DNA of 60,919 nt, counting the filler, from Sanchytrium tribonematis (taxonomy: Eukaryota): the NCBI GenBank assembly GCA_018985235.1. It is 7 parts of 7 records of this genome, joined end to end, with 100 filler letters (N's around TTAATTAATTAA, not from the genome) between each part and the next. Parts side by side here need not be neighbours in the genome. Positions count along the whole stretch, not along the records: positions 17,551 to 26,202 come from JADGIG010000368.1; positions 26,303 to 34,894 come from JADGIG010000369.1; 5 more parts are not named here. One strand, 5' to 3'. Both the position numbers and the translations under genes were made by a program. Positions 22,625 through 32,586 of the stretch are shown one piece after another (positions within the stretch are counted from its first letter, which is position 1; each line of letters begins with the position of its first letter). A model generated the notes under the pieces. The model made no database searches and was not told where the DNA came from. It worked only from the letters and a program-made list of their open reading frames with translations.

Positions 22625-25600
22625 TTAGCCTTTTATTTTGTTTAAAATATCTCTCTGTCTAGAAGTAATTTGGATTTTCCCATCAAATTGAAATGGGGGC
22701 CACAATGCTCGCAAATATTGATAACTAGATTCATGGTAAAAGGGCAATATTTCAGAAAGTAAAAACATTTTTTCCGTCTTCCATATCTCGCAAAGTTGTC
22801 GAATCTTGTATACATCTTTTTGTCTTAGCCTTGTAATTAACGCCACAGATTTAGATACATAAACTGAATTCTTTGAAATTATCGTATTGGGACTGGTTTT
22901 AAGATATTTTTTCAACGTTAAAAACGGTTCTTTGGCAATCTCACCATTAAGTAATAAATATAACAGATATTTTTGATAATTAATTTTTGATTCTTTGCAA
23001 GTTGCATAGTGGTTCAATAGATTAGCTTGAAATATAGGCGGTCTGTAAGTTGTGTTGTCATAAGAAATACTTACGTAGCCGGTCAATGAATCTGATTTTA
23101 CGTCGAATTTAGGTAAGGGTTCGCTGACAAGCTCGATAGATTTCGCTAGGTGCAGGGTAGTGGGGCCAAGCCAAGCCAGAGGTAAAATGGTAGCATCAGA
23201 AGCAGAAAAATGATTTCCATTATTAACAACTTCAGCATAGGTGCACAGTTCATTGATTTGAACCATACTTCGCAAATTATTCAACTTCAAGCCTTGTTTA
23301 TCGTAAATATTACTCAAATGCATATTATGTTTGTTTTCAAGCAGCTTTGAATTAACGCAAACTTGATCTACAAATCCCGATAAAATTGCTTTTTTTAAAA
23401 CTAAGAGGTCTTCTGAGCTAGGTGGTTTCATTTTTGTATCATATTCGAACCCATTGGATAAAATCTTATTAAGCATGATGGAAATCTGATTTCTAATTAG
23501 TCTTATTTCTTTAAGGGATTTCTGATTGACATCCAACTTCAAAGATTCGTCAAAATCCTTGGCACAAACTACAAACAATTTTCCAATAAGTTCAGACCTA
23601 TTCTTTTCCAACTGCATTATTTTTGAGTGAGAATTACAAAGTTGCTGGCTAGACAGGATGGAAACAATTGTGATAGCGTATCTTAATGAATGGTGATGAA
23701 GGCAACTAATTAAGATTCTAGCAAATCGTGCATTGACTGGAAATTTGGACATAATAAGCCCGTCTGAAGTAATTTGGTTTTTAGAATCCAGAGCATTTAA
23801 AGTTCTCAATAAATGAAGCCCTTTTGAAATGCTTGAATGTGATGGGATGGTAGGAAAGGGAAAGTTTTCTGCCTTATCAATACCAATAGCTTTCAGATGC
23901 AGTAAAACATTTTCAATGGGCATTTTTAAGATTTCTGGAATGGAATATTCCACAAATTGATGTTGAAATACAGTGGAACTAAAAATTCTAAAACAATGGC
24001 CGGGAGAAGTTCTACCACAGCGACCCAGCCTCTGATCGCAGGAAGCTTTAGAAGTCCAAGACACTTTGTATTGATATACATTGCTAGAATGATTGTATGA
24101 TTTCTCTTTCACTTTACCAGAATCTACCACGTATTTGATGTTGGGAATCGTAATTGAAGTTTCAGCTATGTTTGTTGCAACAACAATTAAGCGAGTATCT
24201 TGCGGCACCTTTTCGAATACAGCCGCCTGTGCTTCAGAAGAGAGCATACTATAAAGTGGTAAAATTTTGACTTTTCCACCATAATTTCCTCGTGCAAGTA
24301 ATTGCTTCTCAGTTTCAGTATCTAAACTTCCAACAATTTCAACAGGTTCTTCATCGTCGGTTATATCCTCATGGTCTTCTTCATATCCAAGAAAATCCAA
24401 GTCCTCAATATCGGCTAATTCATCATCTATTACTTTCGCATGTTCACGAATACATTCATCACTCAATTTTGCATTTAATCTATCAATCAGCAACTCGACT
24501 TCTTTTTGGCCGGTGACAAATAAAAGAATACCTCCAGGCGGATATTTTTCATGGATTTCGCATGTTTTAGTGAAAATAGCCGAAATGTAATCATTAGGGG
24601 TTATTCTATTATAATGTAAAATGACAGGATGAATTTTGGCAGGAACATCTACAACAGGAGGAGGTTTAGAAAAAAGTTTGGAATTTTCCGTAAAATCATT
24701 AACTCTCATTGTGGCACTCATTATTATTAATTTCAGCGGTTTCTCTTTCCCCTCTACGAAGGTTTCTCTTCTCAATTTGACGACTCTGCTTAAAAGTCCT
24801 ATTAGTATGTCGGTATTAATATTCCTTTCATGAGCCTCATCAATGCAAATTACACTATAGTTCGATAGAAGCAAATCGCTCATCATTTCCTTCAAAAGTA
24901 TACCATCTGTCATAAATACCATTTCGGTGCTAGGATCGACGTTGGACTCGTGTCTCACTTTAAATCCAACTTTGCAATTTTGTAATTCATCTTGAACTCT
25001 ATTAGCCACTGATATTGCTGCTACTTTACGCGGTTGAGTTATGCAAATACGCCCAAAATCTCCAAAACCATATTCCCAACAAAACTGACCAATTTGAGTT
25101 GTTTTTCCAGAGCCAGTAGCACCACAAACAACCACAACATCTTGTTCCATCAAATGTTCCATAATCTGATGCTCATATTCAATTATTGGAAGTTTGCTTC
25201 GTATTTCTTCTATATCTTCAGATCTTATTGGTACTTTGAAATTTCGTGTTGGCTTAAAGTTTAGATTGTTTGCTTGGCCTAATTGGCAGCTTGGGTCAGT
25301 TTCTCGTTTTGTTGAAGGCATTTCAAATTTTGATTTAGATCTAATCTCTTCTATCAACTGCATGTCATTTTTAAGAGGCCTATCAACGGTGATATTTTCA
25401 AAATCATCAATTGTTTCTTCCTTAATATCCACAATTTCAGATTTAACTTTTTTCACCTTATCGTGATAAAATGTTTTTTTGAATTCTGGATCTACAACAC
25501 TGGACTTTTCCAATTCCTGCAGCAATTCAGTCCGCCTCAGTTTCTTGTTTTTCTTTTCAATAAATTTTTCATATCTTTTTCGTTTTGATTTGCTCATTTT

Positions 25601-25792
25601 TTGAACATGGCCCTCAACAGCATCTTGCAATTCAGTGGGAGTCATTTTTGTCTGCAACTCAAAGTTATCATCTTTCTTACTCTTAACTTCTAAATTTCTG
25701 CCCTTTGCATTGTATCTCTGTTTCTGCATTTTCATGGGGTCAAACGATATCTCCTGCACAAAAATTGAGTCATCATTACCTTCATCTTGCAT
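22625..25792 (-). CDS. DHR1: DEAH-box RNA helicase DHR1/ECM16/DHX37 (SSU processome)
   Basis: GATGSGKTTQ, DEAHER, MSAT, QRLGRCGR, and the N-terminal KMSKSKRKR.EKFIEKK..K typical of DHX37. Confidence 0.9.
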   Translation of the reverse strand: MQDEGNDDSIFVQEISFDPMKMQKQRYNAKGRNLEVKSKKDDNFELQTKMTPTELQDAVEGHVQKMSKSKRKRYEKFIEKKNKKLRRTELLQELEKSSVVDPEFKKTFYHDKVKKVKSEIVDIKEETIDDFENITVDRPLKNDMQLIEEIRSKSKFEMPSTKRETDPSCQLGQANNLNFKPTRNFKVPIRSEDIEEIRSKLPIIEYEHQIMEHLMEQDVVVVCGATGSGKTTQIGQFCWEYGFGDFGRICITQPRKVAAISVANRVQDELQNCKVGFKVRHESNVDPSTEMVFMTDGILLKEMMSDLLLSNYSVICIDEAHERNINTDILIGLLSRVVKLRRETFVEGKEKPLKLIIMSATMRVNDFTENSKLFSKPPPVVDVPAKIHPVILHYNRITPNDYISAIFTKTCEIHEKYPPGGILLFVTGQKEVELLIDRLNAKLSDECIREHAKVIDDELADIEDLDFLGYEEDHEDITDDEEPVEIVGSLDTETEKQLLARGNYGGKVKILPLYSMLSSEAQAAVFEKVPQDTRLIVVATNIAETSITIPNIKYVVDSGKVKEKSYNHSSNVYQYKVSWTSKASCDQRLGRCGRTSPGHCFRIFSSTVFQHQFVEYSIPEILKMPIENVLLHLKAIGIDKAENFPFPTIPSHSSISKGLHLLRTLNALDSKNQITSDGLIMSKFPVNARFARILISCLHHHSLRYAITIVSILSSQQLCNSHSKIMQLEKNRSELIGKLFVVCAKDFDESLKLDVNQKSLKEIRLIRNQISIMLNKILSNGFEYDTKMKPPSSEDLLVLKKAILSGFVDQVCVNSKLLENKHNMHLSNIYDKQGLKLNNLRSMVQINELCTYAEVVNNGNHFSASDATILPLAWLGPTTLHLAKSIELVSEPLPKFDVKSDSLTGYVSISYDNTTYRPPIFQANLLNHYATCKESKINYQKYLLYLLLNGEIAKEPFLTLKKYLKTSPNTIISKNSVYVSKSVALITRLRQKDVYKIRQLCEIWKTEKMFLLSEILPFYHESSYQYLRALWPPFQFDGKIQITSRQRDILNKIKG

Positions 25793-25879
25793 TAAAATCT
25801 TTTCCAGATTGTGTGAATTGTTATGATACTTGAATTAGCAGTTTTAAATTAGAAATTTATTACTGGAGAATTCTAAAAC

Positions 25880-26116
25880 ATGGATTTAAAGGAAGTGGAA
25901 AATTCATTTGCACAATTGAAACCTACATTCATTAAAGCAGAGAAAGTCGATACATGTGCAGATAGCTACAAGATTACGATTGTGAGTCAAGATTTTGAGG
26001 GTAAAAAAACGTTACAAAGACATCGAATGGTAAATGGTATCATGAAGCCATTCATGCCGCAAATACACGCACTCCAAATAGTAACACACACACCTGAAGA
26101 ATTTAAATTAAAATGA
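25880..26116 (+). CDS. bolA: BolA-family protein
   Basis: C...YKITIVSQDFEGKKTLQRHRMVN......IHALQI..HTPEE. Confidence 0.9.
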   Translation: MDLKEVENSFAQLKPTFIKAEKVDTCADSYKITIVSQDFEGKKTLQRHRMVNGIMKPFMPQIHALQIVTHTPEEFKLK

Positions 26117-26576
26117 TTGCTGTTTATTCAAATACTTTTCTCTAGCCTCTCTTAACATCCAGATTTTTCGTTTTTCTAATTCAATTTGGCGTTGTGTAGG
26201 GTNNNNNNNNNNNNNNNNNNNNNNNNNNNNNNNNNNNNNNNNNNNNTTAATTAATTAANNNNNNNNNNNNNNNNNNNNNNNNNNNNNNNNNNNNNNNNNN
26301 NNTACGATTAGATCATTGAGATTATGGAATAATCAATTGACGGGAAGTATTCCAGATACGATTCCAAATCAAATGGTTGTATTTGCTGTTTCTAATAATC
26401 AATTGACGGGATTGCCGAGTGCATTCCCTAGTACTTTGAATTATTTGTATTTGAATGGGAACAAGTTTACTAAAATGCCTATATTGCCATCTTCACTCTT
26501 GGAAGTGTATTTTTACAATAATTTGATATCTGGACCATTACCCGCTACATTTCCACCGTCAATCAATATATTATAC

Positions 26577-26738
26577 TGTCTTGATGAGTTGATGGATGAA
26601 TCAATTCCATCAGAAGATGTGCAAAATGGTGTAACAGATGATCAGATGAGTGATCATCTGGATGTGAATGATGTGATTGAGTTACTTTATAAAGAAGAAT
26701 GACATTAATAAATACTTTGGATAACATGCCAGAAAATA
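26577..26738 (+). repeat. 5' LTR
   Basis: Begins TGTC; identical to 30485-30646; TATAAA at 26688, AATAAA at 26707. Confidence 0.93.
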
Positions 26739-29700
26739 CTATTTCGGAATCTAGTCAAAAATGCATTATTGACTATAAATTTAATGAAAATGAGGTTTCT
26801 TTTTCAACTTGGCACGAAGGTTTCTTGAGTCTTGCGCAGGCACTTGCTGTACCGCAAACAATGTACTTTAGAGAAATGATGAAGAATCTGAGCCAGCAGC
26901 ATGTGAGCTACGCTATGAGCGTACTCAAAGGTCACGCCAGTTATTCAGAATTTGTGAGAGTTCTGACATCTAGATATGTTCTTGATGTTAAACCTGTTGA
27001 TTTTTATCAAATGAAACAAGGTAGTAGCTCTGTGGAAGTCTATGCAGATAAATTGCAAAGATGCTCCACAATTGCTGGAATTAAAGAAGATGACTTGATT
27101 GATCATTTCAAGGCAAGTCTCCGTGATGAGATTTCAATTGTGTTGATTTCATCACAGTTTGGAAGCTGGGTGGCTGCCAGAAGAGCAGCTTTGGATATTG
27201 AAAAGAGATTAGGCAACAAGGAAAAAGAATCCATTGGTAATGGATATTGCTTCCATTGCAAGATCACTGGCCATTTTACTCGAAACTGTCCAGTCAAGAA
27301 CATGGTGTGCTCAAAATGCAAGGTTAAAGGACATATTGCCAAAGATTGTCCTCAAAGAGATCCTGATCAAGAAAGAGAGAGATCTAGAGATGTGACAGTG
27401 AACAACATTCAAAATGATACTGATACAGTAAATATCAGTTCCAATTATTTAGATGTTCATTTTGATCAAATTGCTTTTAAAACTTTACTTGACACTGGTG
27501 CTGATTGTTCCTGTGTAAATGAGTCTTTTGCAAAAGCAATGAAAAGACGAATAATACCTGCTGATGCTAATTTATTAGGTGGAGGTAATCCTATTCCAGT
27601 GATTGGCAAAATAAGATGCTCTATTAGAGTGGATGGTTTGAAGGCTATTCCCCATGAATTCTTTGTTTTAAGTGGTACGTATCCCGCTCAACCCATATTG
27701 GGAAAGGATTTCATCTTTGATAAGCTAAATGCCAGAGTGATATTGGGCAATCGAGACTTGGAAGTGAATCATATAACTAAAGAAGCACTTGAAAAGATGA
27801 AACACAAATTGGGTCATTTGGATCAATGTCATCAAGACATGCTGATGGATATCTTTGAGAAATATGAATTTGACATCATGAAACCCATTGATGTTCTCCC
27901 AGTTTCTATCAGACTCAAAAGGGATGCGAATTTGGATAGTTTGCGTCAAAAACCATATAATGAGCCATTTCCTGAAGAAAGGGATGCTATTATTGAGAAA
28001 TATAAGAGTAGAGGGTTTATATTTGAGCAATCTGGTCCATATTGCTCACCTGCCTTCATTATTAAACAAAATGGGAAATGCAGAATGGTAATAGATTACA
28101 GAAGAGTGAATCTCAACACAATTGCAGATGGATCACCCATTCCTAGAATAGATGAGTTGATTCAACGTGTATCTGGATATCTTTATTATACCGTATTTGA
28201 TTACGAAACTGGTTTTAATCAGATCCAAGTCACGCCAGAGACGTCAGTAATTACATCATTTGTCACTAGCAAGTCGCAGTATTACAGTGATCGGCTCGGC
28301 CAAGGATTGAAGCAATCCGGTGGTCTGTTTCAACACACGACATCCCAGTTGACATCTGAAATCGAGAATCTAGCTCAATATATTGATGATGTGATTATAT
28401 ATGGTAATGATCTACAGCAGCACTTGAAAGATGTCCAGAGATTTGTCGAGATTTGCTCAGATAAGAATATTATTTTAAAATTGGAGAAATCGCAGATTTG
28501 TCAGAAGCAGGTTGATTTTTGTGGATACTCTGTGAGTGGTGATGGATACAAGGCTAAGGAGTCATATCTTATCAAAATAGACTCAATTGGATCACCTACT
28601 AGCAAAAAGAAGGCACAAACTTTATTGGGGATGCTTGGATGGATTAGACACTTTATACCTATGTTTGAAGATGTGATAGCACCCATTAGACAGACAGTGA
28701 CTTCACTTGGTAGATTTCAATGGTCAGATGAAGCAGAATGTGCTCTGCGTACGAGTATCGAATTGGCTCAAAACCACACAATTTCAAATATTGAGGATGG
28801 CGTTCCTTGTGAACTCTTTGTAGATGCGTCAAAGCGCTCTGTTGGTGGGGCACTGTTCCAAGATGGCAGATTAGTTGGATTATTTAGTAGAAAACTCAAT
28901 TCAAGCATGATTGGCTGGGATGCATTTGAGTTAGAATTGTTTGCAATCAAGATTGGACTGGATAAATTTGGTAAATTTCTTGGCGGCAATGAAGTACTTA
29001 TCAAATCAGACAATGAAGCAGCCATTTATCTATTAAACGGCCAAGGAAGGAAAAAATCTCCGAAAATCTACAGATGGATTGAATCTATTCAGAAATATTC
29101 ATATTCCGCAGTCCACATCAGTGGCAAGTCAAACAGCATTGCGGACATACTCTCTAGATTAGATCACATGGAGAATGCTGCTGGAGTAGATGATTACCAG
29201 AATTTGGGCATTAACCAAGTGGAGACACGATCCAAAAAAAGAGCTAGAATGGAGGAGGAAAAGGATACTGACATTGTACCAGAACCAGCAGTAGCACCTG
29301 TAGTGGATCCTCTACGTGATTTAGCTAAATGCCATTGCAATTTGAATTTGAGTGACAAATTTGTCAAATGTATCAGATGTGGATTGGGTACTCATTTGAC
29401 ATGTATTGGATGGTTATATACGGTAGACGCATTTCAATGCAAGTCTTGCATGGATTTAATGATCAATCCAGGGGCAGTTGATTCAAAACAGGAGCAGCAG
29501 CAACTTTTAGAAAAAGCACATTTATCTCATCCAGGGATACACGGCATGAGAATCCTACTAAAGAACTATAAATGGCCAGGTAAGGACCAGAATATTATCA
29601 GCAAAGTGACTCAGTGTCGGCATTGTAAACAAAAGATGCCACCCAAAATGAGTGATTTGCAATTCAGATTGCCAAAATACGTTAATCACTACTGTGGGAT

Positions 29701-30610
29701 AGATTTAATGAGCATAAATGATGACCAAATAGATTATAGATACTTGGTATGTGTGAGAGAGTACGTGACAGGTGCCATCTCAATTTACCCAACAATGACA
29801 AAGGAGCCCAAAGACGTACTAGCGGGTTTATTAAAGTACGTAGCAGCGTATGGACCAATGGCAGTGTTGTGTGCTGATAATGGTAACGAATTTAAAGGGT
29901 TATTTGCAAGATATTGCAAACAAATGGGAATTGTGATGCAGACGACAACCAGCAAGATACACCATGAAAATGGGTATGCAGAATCAGCAGTAGCCTTGGC
30001 AAAGATGAATATAAGAATGGCAAGATTGGAATATCCAGATTTACCATTTGGAACAATTGTGGAATTAGCAAATTCTTGGGTGAATGCAAATCCAAAGAGT
30101 AGCACAGGTATTTCCCCAATTTCACTAATGACATTGACATCAGGCATGATTGAGAGTGGTCAAATTGGACAACCACTTGACCAATACGTCCGTGAGCAGA
30201 TTATAAAAAGAATTAATGAAAATAAGGTGAAATCCCAAATTAAATTAAATAGAGGGTATAGAAGTGTAGAGTTACAAGAAGGGGATATGGTGTGGTATTA
30301 TCCACCTGACCAGAAGTTGAAATTGAAGGAAATTGCCTTGTTGGCTAGAATTGAGTCAAAATTGAGAGACAAGCAGTATTCCATCGCTATTAAAGACCAG
30401 GAAGTGCTTAAAGTGGCACACAAAGACAGTTTAGTGTTGATTGACACACCTACTGACGAATTGATTCAGTCTTTTCATGGGGAATGTCTTGATGAGTTGA
30501 TGGATGAATCAATTCCATCAGAAGATGTGCAAAATGGTGTAACAGATGATCAGATGAGTGATCATCTGGATGTGAATGATGTGATTGAGTTACTTTATAA
30601 AGAAGAATGA
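26699..30610 (+). CDS. Gag-Pol polyprotein (capsid, 2 CCHC knuckles, protease, RT, RNase H, PHD finger, integrase)
   Basis: CFHCKITGHFTRNC, LLDTGADCS, YIDDVII, FVDASKRSVGG, SDNEAA, NSIADILSR, HLSH...CRHC, GIDLM / ADNGNEF / NGYAES. Order PR-RT-RH-IN. Alternative start at 26726. Confidence 0.95.
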   Translation: MTLINTLDNMPENTISESSQKCIIDYKFNENEVSFSTWHEGFLSLAQALAVPQTMYFREMMKNLSQQHVSYAMSVLKGHASYSEFVRVLTSRYVLDVKPVDFYQMKQGSSSVEVYADKLQRCSTIAGIKEDDLIDHFKASLRDEISIVLISSQFGSWVAARRAALDIEKRLGNKEKESIGNGYCFHCKITGHFTRNCPVKNMVCSKCKVKGHIAKDCPQRDPDQERERSRDVTVNNIQNDTDTVNISSNYLDVHFDQIAFKTLLDTGADCSCVNESFAKAMKRRIIPADANLLGGGNPIPVIGKIRCSIRVDGLKAIPHEFFVLSGTYPAQPILGKDFIFDKLNARVILGNRDLEVNHITKEALEKMKHKLGHLDQCHQDMLMDIFEKYEFDIMKPIDVLPVSIRLKRDANLDSLRQKPYNEPFPEERDAIIEKYKSRGFIFEQSGPYCSPAFIIKQNGKCRMVIDYRRVNLNTIADGSPIPRIDELIQRVSGYLYYTVFDYETGFNQIQVTPETSVITSFVTSKSQYYSDRLGQGLKQSGGLFQHTTSQLTSEIENLAQYIDDVIIYGNDLQQHLKDVQRFVEICSDKNIILKLEKSQICQKQVDFCGYSVSGDGYKAKESYLIKIDSIGSPTSKKKAQTLLGMLGWIRHFIPMFEDVIAPIRQTVTSLGRFQWSDEAECALRTSIELAQNHTISNIEDGVPCELFVDASKRSVGGALFQDGRLVGLFSRKLNSSMIGWDAFELELFAIKIGLDKFGKFLGGNEVLIKSDNEAAIYLLNGQGRKKSPKIYRWIESIQKYSYSAVHISGKSNSIADILSRLDHMENAAGVDDYQNLGINQVETRSKKRARMEEEKDTDIVPEPAVAPVVDPLRDLAKCHCNLNLSDKFVKCIRCGLGTHLTCIGWLYTVDAFQCKSCMDLMINPGAVDSKQEQQQLLEKAHLSHPGIHGMRILLKNYKWPGKDQNIISKVTQCRHCKQKMPPKMSDLQFRLPKYVNHYCGIDLMSINDDQIDYRYLVCVREYVTGAISIYPTMTKEPKDVLAGLLKYVAAYGPMAVLCADNGNEFKGLFARYCKQMGIVMQTTTSKIHHENGYAESAVALAKMNIRMARLEYPDLPFGTIVELANSWVNANPKSSTGISPISLMTLTSGMIESGQIGQPLDQYVREQIIKRINENKVKSQIKLNRGYRSVELQEGDMVWYYPPDQKLKLKEIALLARIESKLRDKQYSIAIKDQEVLKVAHKDSLVLIDTPTDELIQSFHGECLDELMDESIPSEDVQNGVTDDQMSDHLDVNDVIELLYKEE

Positions 30611-30646
30611 CATTAATAAATACTTTGGATAACATGCCAGAAAATA
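30485..30646 (+). repeat. 3' LTR
   Basis: Identical to the 5' LTR; encodes the last 41 aa and the stop codon of Pol. Confidence 0.93.
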
Positions 30647-32138
30647 TACGCATATAACAATCTGATTAATGGGACGATTCCTAGTGGGCTACCGAATTCA
30701 ATGGATCAATTGGATTTGTCAAATAATAAATTACAAGGGGCGATTCCGTATCCATTGCCATGGCAGTTGCTGGTGTTACAATTATCAGGAAATCAATTGA
30801 CTGGGTTGCCTACAGCATTTCCTAGTGTGAGTGGATTGTATTTAAAAGGTAATTTATTCACTAAAATGCCTGTTTTACCATCTTCTGCCATATACGTTGA
30901 TTTCTCTAATAATTTGATTAATGACAGATTACCTAATGTATTCCCAAGTAGCTTGACGGAATTTAGAGCATATAATAATCTGATTTATGGATTTATTACG
31001 AATTTACCATCTTCTTTGAAGCAATTGGATTTGAGTCATAACCAATTAGAAGGCAGTATTCCAATTTTACCAAATCTACTGAATTATTTGGTGTTGGATT
31101 ACAATTTATTAACGGGTAATATACCAAATACATGGCCAGCAGGGTTGACCAAATTCACAGCAAGTCATAATCAACTATCTGGTAGTATTTTGAGCATTGA
31201 TTCAACGACTAGTTTCTATATTTTGGATTTATCTTACAATTTATTCACTGGGAATCTACCCATCTTCAAATATCAAACTTATTTGATCTTATATTTAACA
31301 AATAATCAATTGAGTGGGGATATAAATGTGGGATATTCCACAGTGAATGATTTTAGATTGAGTTTCAATAAATTCACAAAATATCCAAAATCATTCCCAC
31401 AAGCCATTAAAATCGTATTTTTGGATAATAATCAAATGTCAGGTAATATTACAAGTGATTTCCCATCTACATTGAATTATATTGACATTTCAAAGAATAA
31501 TTTGACTGGTTACATTCCAAATTGGCAAAATCCAACTCAAAATTATTTTAATGCGTCTTATAATTTATTCACTGGTACGATCCCATCTTCACTTCAAAAT
31601 GTGAAAACAATGGATATCTCTCATAATTATTTGAGTGGATGCATCAATTTCCAATTCACTGGGGGTTCTTTTCAATTGAATGACAATTTGTTGAATGGAA
31701 ACATGTCATTTTTCAAGCCATATCTGTTGAATTTACAGAATAATAAGATTGTGGATGTATCCATCTCAGATACGTCTATATTGCAGAATTGTAATTTGAG
31801 TAGCAATCCATTGGCACCTGGAGTGTTTGGTAAAACATTTCAAAATTCGTGTATTTTGAATGGCATGTCTGTTGGGAATAGTACTTGTAGAATCATCTCA
31901 TTAGATGAAATATTTGCAACTAAGACTGATGCACCAAGTACAACTATAGCAACAACCACGATTTTGACATCTAGTTCTATTTCTACATCTAGTTTCAGTT
32001 CTACGCCAATCCAGACATTTCTACAAGATGTCACGCGTATTTCTAGCATTCTAGTCGATACCACAAGTGTGTCTGACTCTGTATCGACTAGCACTACGTC
32101 AGTAGACGAAATGACTTTTCAAGAATCTCAAATCACTC

Positions 32139-32157
32139 GTATTTCATATTTATATAG
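32139..32157 (+). other. 19-nt spliceosomal intron GTATTTCATATTTATATAG
   Basis: Removal joins the S/T stalk to the TM-encoding frame (ESQITR-PTRILPTKIDVTTSY). Confidence 0.85.
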
Positions 32158-32586
32158 GTCCCACTCGCATATTACCCACCAAAATAGATGTGACTACATC
32201 CTACATCACTCAAATCACATCCACAATCCCAAAAACCATGCTCACGACTACCATTTCACTCTCTTTCATCCAACCCACTCAATTTGCACAAATTGATTTA
32301 TCCTATATAAAAATGATTAGAGTCGTGATTTCTGCAATCGTATTTGGTGCTATTTCACAGCAATTAATATTAAATATACGACATTGGAGAAAACAGAAGC
32401 CAAAAGTGGGTCATCAAACTGGAATTTGAATAAATGAATCTTATTTGAGGAATTTAAACGAATAGCCAACAGTAACAAGTGGCGAGTGCTTGGTATGAAT
32501 TTATTTGTTTAATGAATGACAGGAGTGTTTTGGTGTGACCACATGCTTCCCCATTTGTCATAAAAGAGACAGACAGTACCTTCCCC

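Larger units (their letters stand above)
26577..30646 (+). mobile_element. Full-length Ty3/Gypsy LTR retrotransposon, recent insertion
   Basis: Identical 162-bp direct repeats; target duplication TATAC (26572-26576 / 30645-30649, or ATAC depending on where the end is placed); short purine tract GGGGAA before the 3' LTR; single intact gag-pol ORF. Confidence 0.95.
26303..32429 (+). pseudogene. LRR receptor-like surface protein gene split by a Gypsy insertion; pieces <26303..26576, 30650..32138, 32158..32429
   Basis: Removing the element and one TSD copy restores PSINILY-AYNNLINGTIPSGLPNSMDQLDLSNN. Contains LxLxxNxLxGxIP repeats, a Cys C-cap, a S/T stalk, a TM (VVISAIVFGAISQQLIL) and a basic tail. 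Confidence 0.85.

Noticed and set aside
18595..25826. Numerous 60-110 aa ORFs nested in or antisense to CHS, ODA-DC and DHR1 (likewise in Gag-Pol, dynein and actinin)
   Set aside because: Shadow ORFs of long genes, with no motifs and mostly non-ATG starts.
26316..26702. Independent 128-aa gene
   Set aside because: Chimera of the interrupted LRR gene and the 5' LTR.
26739..26747. CTATTTCGG complementary to the 5' end of an animal-type tRNA-Phe as a PBS
   Set aside because: Only 9 nt, and it would require priming from a ~10-nt 5' tRNA fragment; likely chance.
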